Source: Polyangia bacterium (GTDB lineage Bacteria > Myxococcota_A > Polyangia > Nannocystales > Nannocystaceae). Taken from it: a stretch of 64,000 nucleotides of DNA. Both the position numbers and the translations under genes were made by a program. The stretch covers positions 239,225 to 303,224 of the forward strand of contig JAUIKS010000008.1 in NCBI GenBank assembly GCA_030430565.1, read 5' to 3'. Positions 1-9,322 of the stretch are shown here, piece by piece. Numbering within the stretch: position 1 is the stretch's first letter; every line of letters begins with the position of its first letter. The notes below the pieces were generated by a model, which saw nothing but the letters and a program-made list of their open reading frames with translations, was not told the origin of the DNA and ran no database searches.

Positions 1-879
1 GTCCTTCGAACGCCGCGCAGGATCGGCGAGCGAGCGGAATTCTCCGCGCGCGCGGTCGAAGAAGGCGTAGCGCTCGCGAAACAGCGGCGGCGTGAGCTCG
101 CCGTCCGCCGGCAGCAGCTCGGCCGCGACGCGCACGAGGCTGTAGGGCGCGCCGGGGACCTCCCACGCGACGCCGCAGAGCGCCGGCGAGACGCAGCGCG
201 ACGGCTCGAGCGTGACGCGGGGACCCCGCTCGGCCTCGACGCGGAGCGGACGATCACGACGCCTTGCGATCTCGCGCAGCCAGTCACGCTCGCGGGGACG
301 CAGCGCGCGGATCGAGTCCGCGAGCGCCGTCATCGGCCGCCCCTCGCAGAACCTCGGGTGAACGCCCCCGATCGCGCGCCTCGCCGAGACGCTCGCGTCG
401 CCCGAGACGCGCAGCGCCGCGAGGAATTCACAGCCGTCGTAGCTCCCGTACAGCAGGCCCGCGTCGCCGTGGTCGACGACGAAGTCGTAGAGCGCCATCG
501 ACGGGGCGAGCAGCTCGACGAGCTCGTCGCCCTCGAGATCGAGCGCCCACAGCGAGCTGCCGCGGTCCCCGACCTGCACGAACCACACGACCTGGGCGCG
601 CGGATCGACGCGGCACACGCTGACCTCGGAGACAGGTCCGATCACGCGGCGTCGGTCCTCGGGGTCCGCGGTGTGGATCAGCTCAAAGCCGCCCTCGATC
701 GCGACGACCGCGATGTCGTCCGCCGGCGAGGGGCGCGACGGCGCGGGCGTGGGCGCGGGCGCGGGCGCGGGCGCCTCGGCTCGCGTGGGCTGAGCGTCTT
801 GAGTGACCGGAGCGCCGCCCGAGCACGCGAGCCCGCTCGCGACCAGCAAGAGCGTCGAGAGCGGAGACCAGCGCGACAT
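1..879 (-). CDS. Putative lipoprotein with Ala-Pro-rich linker; partial, C-terminus lies beyond the window start
   Basis: Manual minus-strand translation from ATG at 877-879 gives MSRWSPLSTLLLVASGLACSGG (signal peptide with Cys, lipobox-like), then APAPAPAPAPTPAPS linker, then a globular region. The frame stays open to position 1. It is not in the ORF track because it runs off the edge. Confidence 0.55.
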   Translation of the reverse strand, partial: MSRWSPLSTLLLVASGLACSGGAPVTQDAQPTRAEAPAPAPAPTPAPSRPSPADDIAVVAIEGGFELIHTADPEDRRRVIGPVSEVSVCRVDPRAQVVWFVQVGDRGSSLWALDLEGDELVELLAPSMALYDFVVDHGDAGLLYGSYDGCEFLAALRVSGDASVSARRAIGGVHPRFCEGRPMTALADSIRALRPRERDWLREIARRRDRPLRVEAERGPRVTLEPSRCVSPALCGVAWEVPGAPYSLVRVAAELLPADGELTPPLFRERYAFFDRARGEFRSLADPARRSKD

Positions 880-1201
880 ACCGCGGGCAGAATACGTGAG
901 CTGGGCGCGGCTACAGCTCCGAGAGGGTCGAGGACGACTCGACCGCGCGGATCCGGGCTAGTCCCCAGCAGCGCGATGACGGGCATCGTGAAGCCGAACC
1001 AATCGCAGGGGGGAGCGGAGCCACACAGCGTACGGGCGAACCCAACGACCTTCACGCAGCTCGACTCGCCCTCTCTGCGCGCGCGCGAGCGCTCCTCGCG
1101 TCGTCAGTCGCCCGAGCTCGACACCTCGCCACGCGACGGCCTCCAGAAAAAATGCGCCTTGTGGTGATCGAAGCGAGCGCTGCCAGGTCGAACACGGTGC
1201 C

Positions 1202-2287
1202 ATGACCATGCGAAGCCCCGCCCCGACCACCTCCGCCCCCTGCTCGGCGCCCGTCGCAACGAAGTCCCCAGCCGCCAGCCCCGCGCGGGACCAGCGCTCG
1301 CGGGTGCAGCGAGAGGTCGAGCGCTCGCTCGTCGAGCTGATGACGGAGGTCGGGGCGGTCGAGGCCGTGATCCGGGCGCGCGGTCAGGCCTCGCCGAGCC
1401 TCGCGGCTCGGATCCCGGCGAGCTTCGTGCAGTTCTCCGCCGAGCTCAACGAGCTGATCGGTGACCACGCGGACATCCCCGCGCAGCTGCGCGAGCAGCT
1501 CGGCGCGCGGGTCCACGACGCCCTGCGCCCCTACGTGCTGATGACCGAGACGGTCGAGCGCATGTACACGAAGCCGTGCGGCTACGCCGGCGACTTCCTC
1601 TCGATCGACGCGGTCTACAACGAGGTCTGCGGCGGCGAGGCGCCGCTGGGGCCGATCTTCGATCGCTGCGTGCTCGACCTGCCCGCGGCCAAGGCGGTGC
1701 GTAACCGGCGGACCCTGCTGCGGGCGAAGATCGAGGCGACCCTGGCGAAGCACCCCGAGCGCCCCGTCGAGATCACGACCCTCGCCTGCGGCCCGGCCCG
1801 TGAGGTCTTCGACGTGTTCGAGACGCTGGAGGACCGGAGCCGCCTGATCGTGAACCTCGTCGACATCGACGCCAACGCCCTCGCCCAGGTCCGGGAGGAG
1901 GCCGCGCGTCGCGGGCTCTCCGGCCAGATCCGGCTGATCGAGGCCAACCTGATCCGCGTCGCGCTCGGCCGCGACAGCCTCGAGCTCAGCGGCCAGGACC
2001 TCGTCTACAGCATCGGGCTGATCGACTACTTCCGCGATCGTATCGTCGTCGCGCTGATGTCGAAGGTCTTCGAGCTACTGCGCCCCGGCGGCGAGCTGAT
2101 CTTGGGCAACTTCGACGTCCACAACCCGGACAAGGCGGTGATGGACTACGTGCTCGACTGGCGCCTCGTCCACCGAAGCGCCGACGACATGGACCGCCTG
2201 TTCAAGACCTCAGCCTTCGGTCGGGGGGCCACGGCGATCGACTTCGAGGAGGAGGGGGTCAACCTGTTCGCGACCTGCGAGCGCTGA
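1202..2287 (+). CDS. Class I SAM-dependent methyltransferase-like protein
   Basis: ORF 1202..2287. Rossmann-like motifs TLACGPAREV (motif I-like), VNLVDIDANAL and LRPGGELILGNF (motif post-II/III). The N-terminal ~45 aa are Ala/Pro/Ser-rich, so the true start may be a later Met (e.g. MTEVG, about 1340). Confidence 0.7.
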   Translation: MTMRSPAPTTSAPCSAPVATKSPAASPARDQRSRVQREVERSLVELMTEVGAVEAVIRARGQASPSLAARIPASFVQFSAELNELIGDHADIPAQLREQLGARVHDALRPYVLMTETVERMYTKPCGYAGDFLSIDAVYNEVCGGEAPLGPIFDRCVLDLPAAKAVRNRRTLLRAKIEATLAKHPERPVEITTLACGPAREVFDVFETLEDRSRLIVNLVDIDANALAQVREEAARRGLSGQIRLIEANLIRVALGRDSLELSGQDLVYSIGLIDYFRDRIVVALMSKVFELLRPGGELILGNFDVHNPDKAVMDYVLDWRLVHRSADDMDRLFKTSAFGRGATAIDFEEEGVNLFATCER

Positions 2288-2316
2288 GCCCCGCGCGGAT
2301 GAGCGGGCGCCCGCGC

Positions 2317-2967
2317 CTACTTACGCCCGAAGTCCGCCGGGATCTCGCCCCAGTCGGCGGTCTCCCACTTGCGGATCTCGGTCGTGTAGTGATGGCGCGA
2401 GAGCCAGGTCTCGGCCCGGCGCACCAGCTCCTGCAGCTTCGCGCCCGCGGTGCCGTCCTCGACCCAGCCGGACCGGCTCTTACGCCGGCGGACCCAGCCG
2501 ATCGCGACGCGGCTGTCTGAATAGACAGGCAGATCGCTGGCCTCGCGCTGCAGGTAGGCGAGGCCGTGGACCAGAGCCAGGAACTCGCCGATGTTGTTGG
2601 TGCCCGTCGGCAGCGGGCCGACCTTGAACACCTCGCGCTCCTCGGGCAGCAGGACGCCGCGGTACTCGACCTGCCCGCCCGCGCCGTTGCACGCCGCGTC
2701 GACGCACAGCCCCTCGCGCGGGCGGCCGTCGGGGTCGCGCGGCGCCGCGTCGCGAGCCCGCTTCTGCCCGCCGCCGCCGCCGAGCCCCCAGTGCGCGCTC
2801 GCGCCCTCTCGGTACGCGCGCTCGGCCTCGTCGCGCGTCACAAAGCCCTTGTAGCGCGCGCCCGCGAAGCCGTTGACCGCGGCCTCGCACTCCGCCCAGC
2901 TCCCGTGCACGCCTGGGTCACGCCCGACCCAGACGACGTAGAACTTGCTCTTGGCTCGCTTGCCCAC
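2317..2967 (-). CDS. rnhA: Ribonuclease H (type 1) with N-terminal hybrid-binding (caulimovirus viroplasmin-like) domain
   Basis: The C-terminal ~217 aa of minus ORF 2317..4878 read VGKRAKSKFYVVWVGRDPGVHGSWAECEAAVNGFAGARYKGFVTRDEAERAY (HBD), then CVDAACNGAGG...TNNIGEFLALVHGL...YSDSRVAIGWV (RNase H catalytic motifs). GTG start at 2965-2967. The upstream part of the 853-aa ORF is R-rich junk. Confidence 0.8.
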   Translation of the reverse strand: MGKRAKSKFYVVWVGRDPGVHGSWAECEAAVNGFAGARYKGFVTRDEAERAYREGASAHWGLGGGGGQKRARDAAPRDPDGRPREGLCVDAACNGAGGQVEYRGVLLPEEREVFKVGPLPTGTNNIGEFLALVHGLAYLQREASDLPVYSDSRVAIGWVRRRKSRSGWVEDGTAGAKLQELVRRAETWLSRHHYTTEIRKWETADWGEIPADFGRK

Positions 2968-2975
2968 GCGCGCGC

Positions 2976-5339
2976 TCAGTCGGCGAGCGCCTCCTCGCCG
3001 CGCTCGGCGGAGAGCGCCGCCGCGCGCGACTCGGCCCGCTCCCACATCCGCAGGTAGCCCTCGGCCGAGCGGAACAGCGGATCGAACTCGGCGTCCGAGG
3101 ACGCGTCGCCGCGGGCGTCGTGCAGCAGCTCGGGCAGCATGCCGATATGGACGAGGCCCTCCATGTTGAAGTCGACCTCGCGGTTGCCGACCCAGGGCTG
3201 GGTGAACTCGACGTCCCCGGCGAAGGAGGTGAAGGGGTAGGTCACCGGGTCCTCCTGCGGGTGCTCGCAGGCGCCGTCGGCGAAGCGGGGCCCGGGCGCG
3301 CCGGCGAAGCCGTTGAGATCGAAGCCGAAGCCCTCGGCCGGGAAGCCGTTGTTGGCGGTGATCTCGGCGACGCGATCGTTGAGGCGGTCGAGCATCTCGC
3401 CGGGGTTGTCGGGGTTGCGGCAGCGGCCGAGGCCGGTCTTGGAGAGGCCGCCGATCTGGTAGATGAGGCCGTCGTTCGAGCGCCCGTGGGTGCCGACCGC
3501 CGGGTAGTTGGACTCCATCAGCATCTCGAAGGCGCGCTGATAGGACCTTCGGGGCAGGTGGTCGATCTCGATGATCATCCCGCGCGTCATCAGCTCGTCC
3601 ATCAGGTACTCGCCGAGCGGGGTCATCGACGCCTTCTGACACCAGTCGCCCTCGAGCGGGCCGCCGGTGAGCTCCTGCGCGAACTCGAAGGTCGTCATCA
3701 GCGGCGCGTCCGGGAACCCGCTGAAGTCGTGGGGCGCCGGCGAGATGTACTCGTCGCGCGGCATGTTGAGGTCGCCGAAGAACACCTCGCCCTTGTCGAA
3801 GACCGAGCCGCCCGCCGGGCAGTCCTCGTCGGTGAAGTTGGACCAGTGCCCGGTGTGCAGGAAGTTCCCGAGCTCGATGAACGCCCGGTCGCCGTCGCCC
3901 GGCGTGAACATGTTGTCGTACTTGTGGACCGGGAAGATCGCGCGCACGCCGAGGTCGTGATAGACATCGAGCTGCTCGGTGACGTAGGCCTCGTCGCACA
4001 GCGGGTCGTCCTCGCCGGGCGTGATGGTGCAGTCGAAGAGGTTGGCGGTCTCGATGCCGAGCACGACCGCGAGCTTGCCCGCCTCGATGACCTCGCGGGC
4101 CTCGGCCGGCGAGTACACGATCCGGAACCAGCCCTGGCCGGGGCCGCCGGCGTGGGCGTCGATGTAGCGCTCGAGCGCGTAGACCTCCTCGATCTCGCGG
4201 TTGACCGCGACCATGTCGTTGCAGTCGTAGCGGACCTGCTGAAAGCCCTCGCCGACGTTCATGTCGCACATGATCGAGTTGGTCGTCGCGTGCTGGATGA
4301 CGAGGCGCAGGCCGCTGAGGTAGGCGCGCTCGAGCCACTTGTAGTACATCGTCTGGTGGGTCGAGCGCTTGTGCGCGTTGGGCCACTCGGTGAACTCCGG
4401 GTAGCCCTCGGTCGCGTGGTTGAACTCCATCAGCTCGCCGGCCACGAGGTCCGGGAGGATCGTCGTGATGTCGATGCCGCTCGCGCCCGAGTCGTCGAAG
4501 ACGTAGCCGAAGAAGTCCTTGCGCCCGCCCTCGCCGTGGAACAGCTCGCAGCTCGAGAGCGCGTGCTCGACCCCGAGGCGGTGGAAGGGCGCGCCGTGGA
4601 AGATGCCGCCGCCGCCGAAGCCGAAGTTCGACATCATGTGCGCGTGCGTGTCGACGATCCCGTACACGTCGCCGTCTTCGAAGGTCGTCTTGCTGATCTC
4701 GCCCTGCGCGTCGAGGGACAGCTCCGGGTGCTCCATGCAGCCCGTCGCCGGCTCGAAGCTCACGGCCGCGGCCGCGGCCTCGTCCGCCGTCAGCCCGGCG
4801 GTCCCGAGCAGCTGCCCGGTCCGCCGGTTGCGGAGCTGGTAGCGCTCCCAGTCGATCGACGAGGTCTCGGGGGACCACTCGGCGCCCGAGACGTAGCTGT
4901 CGTCGATCAGCAGGATGTCCGAGAGCAGCTCGGTCTGCCGCAGCAGCGGGCCGTCGTCCGAGACGAGGTAGCCGCCCTGATCGTCGTAGAGCAGGTAGGT
5001 GCCGAGGTCCGAGGGCTTCATGTAAAACAGCGCCGCGCCGGTCTCGTCGCCGGCGAACTCGAAGCCGCCGCCAGCTGCACTTCGGGTCAGCCAGGTCTCG
5101 CCCGCGCGCACGCGGTAGCAGCCGAGCGCGAAGCCGTAGACATCGAGCTCGGGCTTCTCGCCCGTCATCCCGCCTGAGGTCCCCGCGGTCGAGCCGCCCG
5201 AGGACTCTCCGCCGGCGGTCGTCTCTCCGGTCGTCGTGCCGGCGTCCGTCTCGGTCGTGTAGGGTTCGCTGCTGCAGGCGCAGAGCAACAACAGCACGGT
5301 CGCCGAAGACAAGGAGAACAACGTATTGAGGCGCTTCAC
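2976..5339 (-). CDS. Secreted lipoprotein, putative metal-dependent hydrolase (HxH motif, amidohydrolase-like)
   Basis: Within minus ORF 2976..5870. GTG start at 5339 gives VKRLNTLFSLSSATVLLLLCACSSE (lipoprotein signal, Cys). Thr/Gly-rich linker, then GIVDTHAHMMSNFGF and EIDHLPRRSYQ hydrolase-like motifs. Varied composition and high third-position GC. Ends 8 bp before the rnhA start, so probably co-transcribed. Confidence 0.7.
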   Translation of the reverse strand: MKRLNTLFSLSSATVLLLLCACSSEPYTTETDAGTTTGETTAGGESSGGSTAGTSGGMTGEKPELDVYGFALGCYRVRAGETWLTRSAAGGGFEFAGDETGAALFYMKPSDLGTYLLYDDQGGYLVSDDGPLLRQTELLSDILLIDDSYVSGAEWSPETSSIDWERYQLRNRRTGQLLGTAGLTADEAAAAAVSFEPATGCMEHPELSLDAQGEISKTTFEDGDVYGIVDTHAHMMSNFGFGGGGIFHGAPFHRLGVEHALSSCELFHGEGGRKDFFGYVFDDSGASGIDITTILPDLVAGELMEFNHATEGYPEFTEWPNAHKRSTHQTMYYKWLERAYLSGLRLVIQHATTNSIMCDMNVGEGFQQVRYDCNDMVAVNREIEEVYALERYIDAHAGGPGQGWFRIVYSPAEAREVIEAGKLAVVLGIETANLFDCTITPGEDDPLCDEAYVTEQLDVYHDLGVRAIFPVHKYDNMFTPGDGDRAFIELGNFLHTGHWSNFTDEDCPAGGSVFDKGEVFFGDLNMPRDEYISPAPHDFSGFPDAPLMTTFEFAQELTGGPLEGDWCQKASMTPLGEYLMDELMTRGMIIEIDHLPRRSYQRAFEMLMESNYPAVGTHGRSNDGLIYQIGGLSKTGLGRCRNPDNPGEMLDRLNDRVAEITANNGFPAEGFGFDLNGFAGAPGPRFADGACEHPQEDPVTYPFTSFAGDVEFTQPWVGNREVDFNMEGLVHIGMLPELLHDARGDASSDAEFDPLFRSAEGYLRMWERAESRAAALSAERGEEALAD

Positions 5340-5655
5340 GCCGCGTATGGTAACGGAGTTTGCGCGGTTTTCGTACGCTGACGTCGCGTCGACGCGACTA
5401 TCATTCTCTCGGGTGAATCCAGGCTTCACAATTCGCCGGCGAGGGTCCGCCCGGGCCGCGGCGATCGTCGCTACGCCCGCGCTGGTCGCCCACACGGGCG
5501 AGGCCGCGACCAACTCCGAGGCTGACATCGTGGAGCTGCTCGCGTCGACCGAGGGCCCCGCGCTCCGAGTAGAGGTCGACGAACAGGGACTCCGCCGCCG
5601 CTCACGGCGGGGTCGGCAAACGCTGAGCTGGGATGAGATCCGCGTCGCGGCGGCG

Positions 5656-6609
5656 ATGAGGACGCTGGGCGGACTCGCCGCGCTCGCGCTCGTGGTCGCC
5701 ACGCTCGCCTGCGCGCCGCGTTCCCCACCCCGCCCCCCGTTGTCTGGATCGTGTGAGGAGTACGCGGAGCCGGACGCCACGCTCTGCGAGCAGCTCCGCG
5801 ACGCGCTCGCGCGGGGCGACGGCGACGCGTTCGTCGAGCTCCTGCCGACGCGCGAGCCGATCGCGGTCAACAGCTGTAGGTACGAGCCTGACGGCGCCTC
5901 GTACTGCGCGGCGTCGCTGCGCTACTACTGGCCCGAAGAGCTCGGCGCGGCCATCGAGCACGCGGGCGGGCTGGGCCCGGCGCTCGGTCTCCCCGCCGGC
6001 AGCGCGCGCGTCGGCGTGATGGCGCCCTTCGGCTTCGCGCCGTGGCTGAACGTCTGCGCCCAGACCGACGCGGGGCGCAAGCGGCTGTGCGCGTCGACGA
6101 GCTCTTCGGCGCCCGGCGTGCTCAATGATCTGGCGGTGTACACGACGGCGCTCGACCCCGACGCCGATAGCGACGGCATCCTGGTCCCGCGCGATCGCTG
6201 CCCGGGTGACCCAGAGGACTTCAACGGGCGCGACGACCGAGACGGCTGCCCCGAGGAGGAGTGCCCCGACGGCGTGTGTCTCTCGCTCGCCCGCGCCGAG
6301 CACGGGAGGCTGGAGGTCTGGCCTACGTGCTCGCTCGAGCGCGCGATCGATCCGCAGGCGCGGTCGCTCTTCCTCCGCCGGATCCGCGCTGCGGCGCGCG
6401 CCCTCGAGGCGCGGCGCGTGGGGGTCGAGTGCGTCGGCTCGCCAGAGTTCGAGCGCGCGTGCGGGTCGCTGGTCACCGAGATCACGCGCGCCTACGCGGC
6501 GCTCGGCGAAGCCCCTCCGCTCGAGCGCGTCACGACGCCGCGCATCTACCTCGACGCGTACCCACCGCCGCAGCTCCAATTCTGGCTGATGATGCCGGAT
6601 CGCTGGTGA
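5656..6609 (+). CDS. Lipoprotein with thrombospondin-type-3-like Ca-binding repeat (DxDxDGxxDxxDxCP)
   Basis: Internal ATG at 5656 of ORF 5326..6609 gives MRTLGGLAALALVVATLACAPRS (lipobox LAC). Contains DADSDGILVPRDRCPGDPEDFNGRDDRDGCPEEECPDGVC. The N-terminal 110 aa of the ORF are R-rich and unlikely to be coding. Confidence 0.6.
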   Translation: MRTLGGLAALALVVATLACAPRSPPRPPLSGSCEEYAEPDATLCEQLRDALARGDGDAFVELLPTREPIAVNSCRYEPDGASYCAASLRYYWPEELGAAIEHAGGLGPALGLPAGSARVGVMAPFGFAPWLNVCAQTDAGRKRLCASTSSSAPGVLNDLAVYTTALDPDADSDGILVPRDRCPGDPEDFNGRDDRDGCPEEECPDGVCLSLARAEHGRLEVWPTCSLERAIDPQARSLFLRRIRAAARALEARRVGVECVGSPEFERACGSLVTEITRAYAALGEAPPLERVTTPRIYLDAYPPPQLQFWLMMPDRW

Positions 6610-6729
6610 CGCGCGCGCTCGTGCACGCCGCGCCGAGCGAGCCGGCGACGGGCGTCGCCTGGACGATCGGACAATTCATCGAGACGCGCGGACATGGGCG
6701 CGTCTCTACGGCGCTCTAGATTTCAGAGC

Positions 6730-7947
6730 ATGCACAGCACCTCTCGCACGCTCACCGCTCGCCGTATCGCGCTCTCCCTGCTCTCGCTCCCGCTCGTCAC
6801 CGCGCTGCTGCTCCCGCAGACCGCCGCCGCCGACGAGCTCGCGGTCCCTCGAACGGCGCCGCTGCTCGTCAACAGCTCCAACGGCGACCACTGGCTCGGC
6901 AACACGCCGAACGTCGCCATCAACGGCGAGGGCCTGCTCATGGCGGCCTGGACCGACGGCAACGCGCACGGCAGCTTGGACGACTGGTCCACCGCAGTCG
7001 CCGGGCAGCTCGTGACCCAGGAGGGCGTGCTCAGCGGCCCCAACTTCGTGATCAACGAGAACAACAAGCACGAGCAGGGCTTCGTCCGGCTGGCCGTGAC
7101 CGCGAGCGACGGCTTCGTGGCGACCTACAACACGCGCACGCTCGACGGCAACGGCTCCCTCGGCGTCGGCCAGCGCTACGTGCTCTCGGGTCAAGGGGAG
7201 TTCGGCGCCAACACCTTCACCGATCGTGAGCAGGTCGCCGCGACCGTCGCTACCTCGCGCAACGGGAGCGAGGTCGTGACCTGGCAGAGCAAGCACCTCG
7301 ACCCCTACCGCTGGGAGATCTTCGCCAGCCTCAACGGCGGCTTGGAGTTCCGCGTCAGCAGCGATCTCGACGGCGACAACCACGCGCGCGTCGCCATGGA
7401 TCCCGAGGGCAATTTCGCGATCGTCTGGCAGCGCAAGGGCGACCTGATCATGCGCTCCTACGACGCGAGCGGGGCGCCGCTGACCGACGAGCGCGTCGCC
7501 AACCCGGTGGTCAGCTACACGCAGCGCGACCCTGAGATCGCGGCGCTCCCGACCGGCGGCTACCTCGTGGTGTGGGAGGACGACTCGACCCCGAACCGCC
7601 GCATGCAGATCATGGGGCGCGTGTTCGACACCAACGGCGACGCGCTCAGCGACCGCTTCACGATCTCCGACATCCCCGAGGATCACGCCGTCGACGCGGC
7701 CGTCGCCGCCGACCCCAACGGGCGCGCGGTGGTGAGCTGGACGCATAACCCTGAGATCCGGGTCCGCCTGATCGACACCGAGACGCTGACGCTCGGCCCC
7801 GTGTTCGACACCGGCGTGATGTCCCAGGTCCAGCAGGGCAGCTCGGCCGTCGCCATGGGCGACGCTGACGAATTCGCGGTCGCCTGGCGCGCCGTCGACG
7901 ACGTGGGCAAGATCTACGTTCGCCAGTACGACATCGTCTCGCAGTAG
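6730..7947 (+). CDS. Secreted repeat protein (six ~50-aa W-containing repeats, possible beta-propeller)
   Basis: ATG at 6730 gives MHSTSRTLTARRIALSLLSLPLVTALLLPQTAAADE (signal peptide). Recurring blocks MAAWTD / VVTWQS / AIVWQR / LVVWED / VVSWTH / AVAWRA. Stop at 7945-7947. Confidence 0.65.
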   Translation: MHSTSRTLTARRIALSLLSLPLVTALLLPQTAAADELAVPRTAPLLVNSSNGDHWLGNTPNVAINGEGLLMAAWTDGNAHGSLDDWSTAVAGQLVTQEGVLSGPNFVINENNKHEQGFVRLAVTASDGFVATYNTRTLDGNGSLGVGQRYVLSGQGEFGANTFTDREQVAATVATSRNGSEVVTWQSKHLDPYRWEIFASLNGGLEFRVSSDLDGDNHARVAMDPEGNFAIVWQRKGDLIMRSYDASGAPLTDERVANPVVSYTQRDPEIAALPTGGYLVVWEDDSTPNRRMQIMGRVFDTNGDALSDRFTISDIPEDHAVDAAVAADPNGRAVVSWTHNPEIRVRLIDTETLTLGPVFDTGVMSQVQQGSSAVAMGDADEFAVAWRAVDDVGKIYVRQYDIVSQ

Positions 7948-8071
7948 GCTCGCGCGGGTTCGCCCGGTTCGTCGCGCGCGCGTGACCTTCCTGTCACCGC
8001 GCGTCGACGAATTGTCGCGCTGCTGTGACGCCGCGACGGCTCGCGCGCTCGCGGAGCGCGTACAAGTGGCC

Positions 8072-9322
8072 ATGCCAACCGGACAGCGCGTTCTCGTCAC
8101 GGTCACGGGCTTCGACACGCCGGGGATCACCGCCGCGCTCACCGAGGTCCTGGCCCGCGACGACGCCGACCTCCTCGACATCGAGCAGGTCGTCGTCCAC
8201 GGCCAGCTCATCCTGTGCCTGCTGCTCGACCTCAGCTCGGACGCCTCGCGGCACGAGCCGGTCCTCAAGAACCTGCTGTTCGAGGCCACGAAGATGGGCC
8301 TCGCGCTCAAGTTCTCCGTGCTCGAGGACGCGGGCGCCCCGCTCGACCTCCGCCACGAGCGAGAGCGAGAGCGAGCGCGCGAGCGAGCGCGAGCGCGCGA
8401 GCGCTTCGCCATCACCGCGATCGGCGACGACCTCGGGGCCCGGGGCATGCACGCGATCTCGTCGGTGCTGACGCGCTACGGCGCGAATATCGAGACCATT
8501 CGCCAGCTGTCGGACGACACCCTGCAGTCCGTGGAGATCATCCTCCAGCTGCCGGAGGACCCGACGCTGACGCCCGCGCTGCGCGCGGACCTGATCGCCG
8601 CGACCGTCGACCTCGACCTCGACATCGCGGTCCAGCGCGAGACGCTCAGCCGGCGCAGCAAGCGGCTCGTCGTCATGGACATGGACTCGACGCTGATCCG
8701 CATCGAGATCATCGACGAGCTCGCGCGCCGCTACGGCGTGGTCGACCGCGTCGCCGCGATCACCCGCCGCGCCATGGCCGGCGAGCTCGACTTCGCGGCG
8801 AGCCTGCGCGAGCGCGTCGGCCTGCTCGCGGGGATGCGCGAGGCCGACGCGCGCGAGGTCGCTACGGCGCTGCCGCTCACCGAGGGCGCGCCCGAGCTGC
8901 TGCGGGTGCTGCGTCGACTCGGCTACAAGACCGCGGTGATCTCGGGCGGCTTCACCTTCGCCGCCAACACGCTCAAAGACCAGCTCGGCCTCGACTACGC
9001 CTACGCCAACGAGCTCGAGGTCCGCGACGGGCGGCTCACCGGCGAGGTCCTCGATCCCGTCGTCACGCCGGAGCGCAAGGCCGAGCTGCTCCGCGCGATC
9101 GCGCGTCGCGAGAACATCGCGCCGTCACAGACGATCGCGATCGGCGACGGCGCGAACGACCTCTTGATGCTCGAGGCCGCCGGCCTCGGGATCGCCTTCC
9201 ACGCCAAGCCCAAGCTCGAGGCCGCCGCGGACACGTCGATCTCGGCCGGCGGCCTCGACCGCATCCTGTTCCTGCTCGGCCTGCACGCGCGAGACATCGC
9301 CCACGCGCTCTCGGGGGGTTGA
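8072..9322 (+). CDS. serB: Phosphoserine phosphatase SerB with N-terminal tandem ACT domains
   Basis: ATG at 8072 gives MPTGQRVLVTVTGFDTPGITAAL (ACT) and a second ACT (MHAISSVLTRYGANIE). HAD motif I VVMDMDSTLI, motif IV IAIGDGANDL, and K in FHAKPK. An RE-rich insert (RHERERERARERARARERFA) lies between the domains. Confidence 0.85.
   Translation: MPTGQRVLVTVTGFDTPGITAALTEVLARDDADLLDIEQVVVHGQLILCLLLDLSSDASRHEPVLKNLLFEATKMGLALKFSVLEDAGAPLDLRHERERERARERARARERFAITAIGDDLGARGMHAISSVLTRYGANIETIRQLSDDTLQSVEIILQLPEDPTLTPALRADLIAATVDLDLDIAVQRETLSRRSKRLVVMDMDSTLIRIEIIDELARRYGVVDRVAAITRRAMAGELDFAASLRERVGLLAGMREADAREVATALPLTEGAPELLRVLRRLGYKTAVISGGFTFAANTLKDQLGLDYAYANELEVRDGRLTGEVLDPVVTPERKAELLRAIARRENIAPSQTIAIGDGANDLLMLEAAGLGIAFHAKPKLEAAADTSISAGGLDRILFLLGLHARDIAHALSGG

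Noticed and set aside
2968-4878. Upstream 640 aa of the 853-aa minus ORF 2317..4878
   Set aside because: Only the last about 217 aa (RNase H) are protein-like. The rest is R/G/P-rich (RGRGRGRELRAG...) and overlaps the better-supported hydrolase gene in another frame.
3120-5177. 685-aa plus-strand ORF
   Set aside because: Antisense to the lipoprotein hydrolase gene. The translation is dominated by A/G/R/V/L/E/D repeats with no motifs, and the minus frame carries the signal peptide, linker and hydrolase motifs.
5602-6579. 325-aa minus ORF
   Set aside because: R-rich translation (MELRRWVRVEVDARRRDALERRGF...), antisense to the TSP3 lipoprotein gene.
6706-8448. 580-aa minus ORF
   Set aside because: Antisense shadow of the W-repeat secreted protein and serB start. 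Poly-R/S/A composition.
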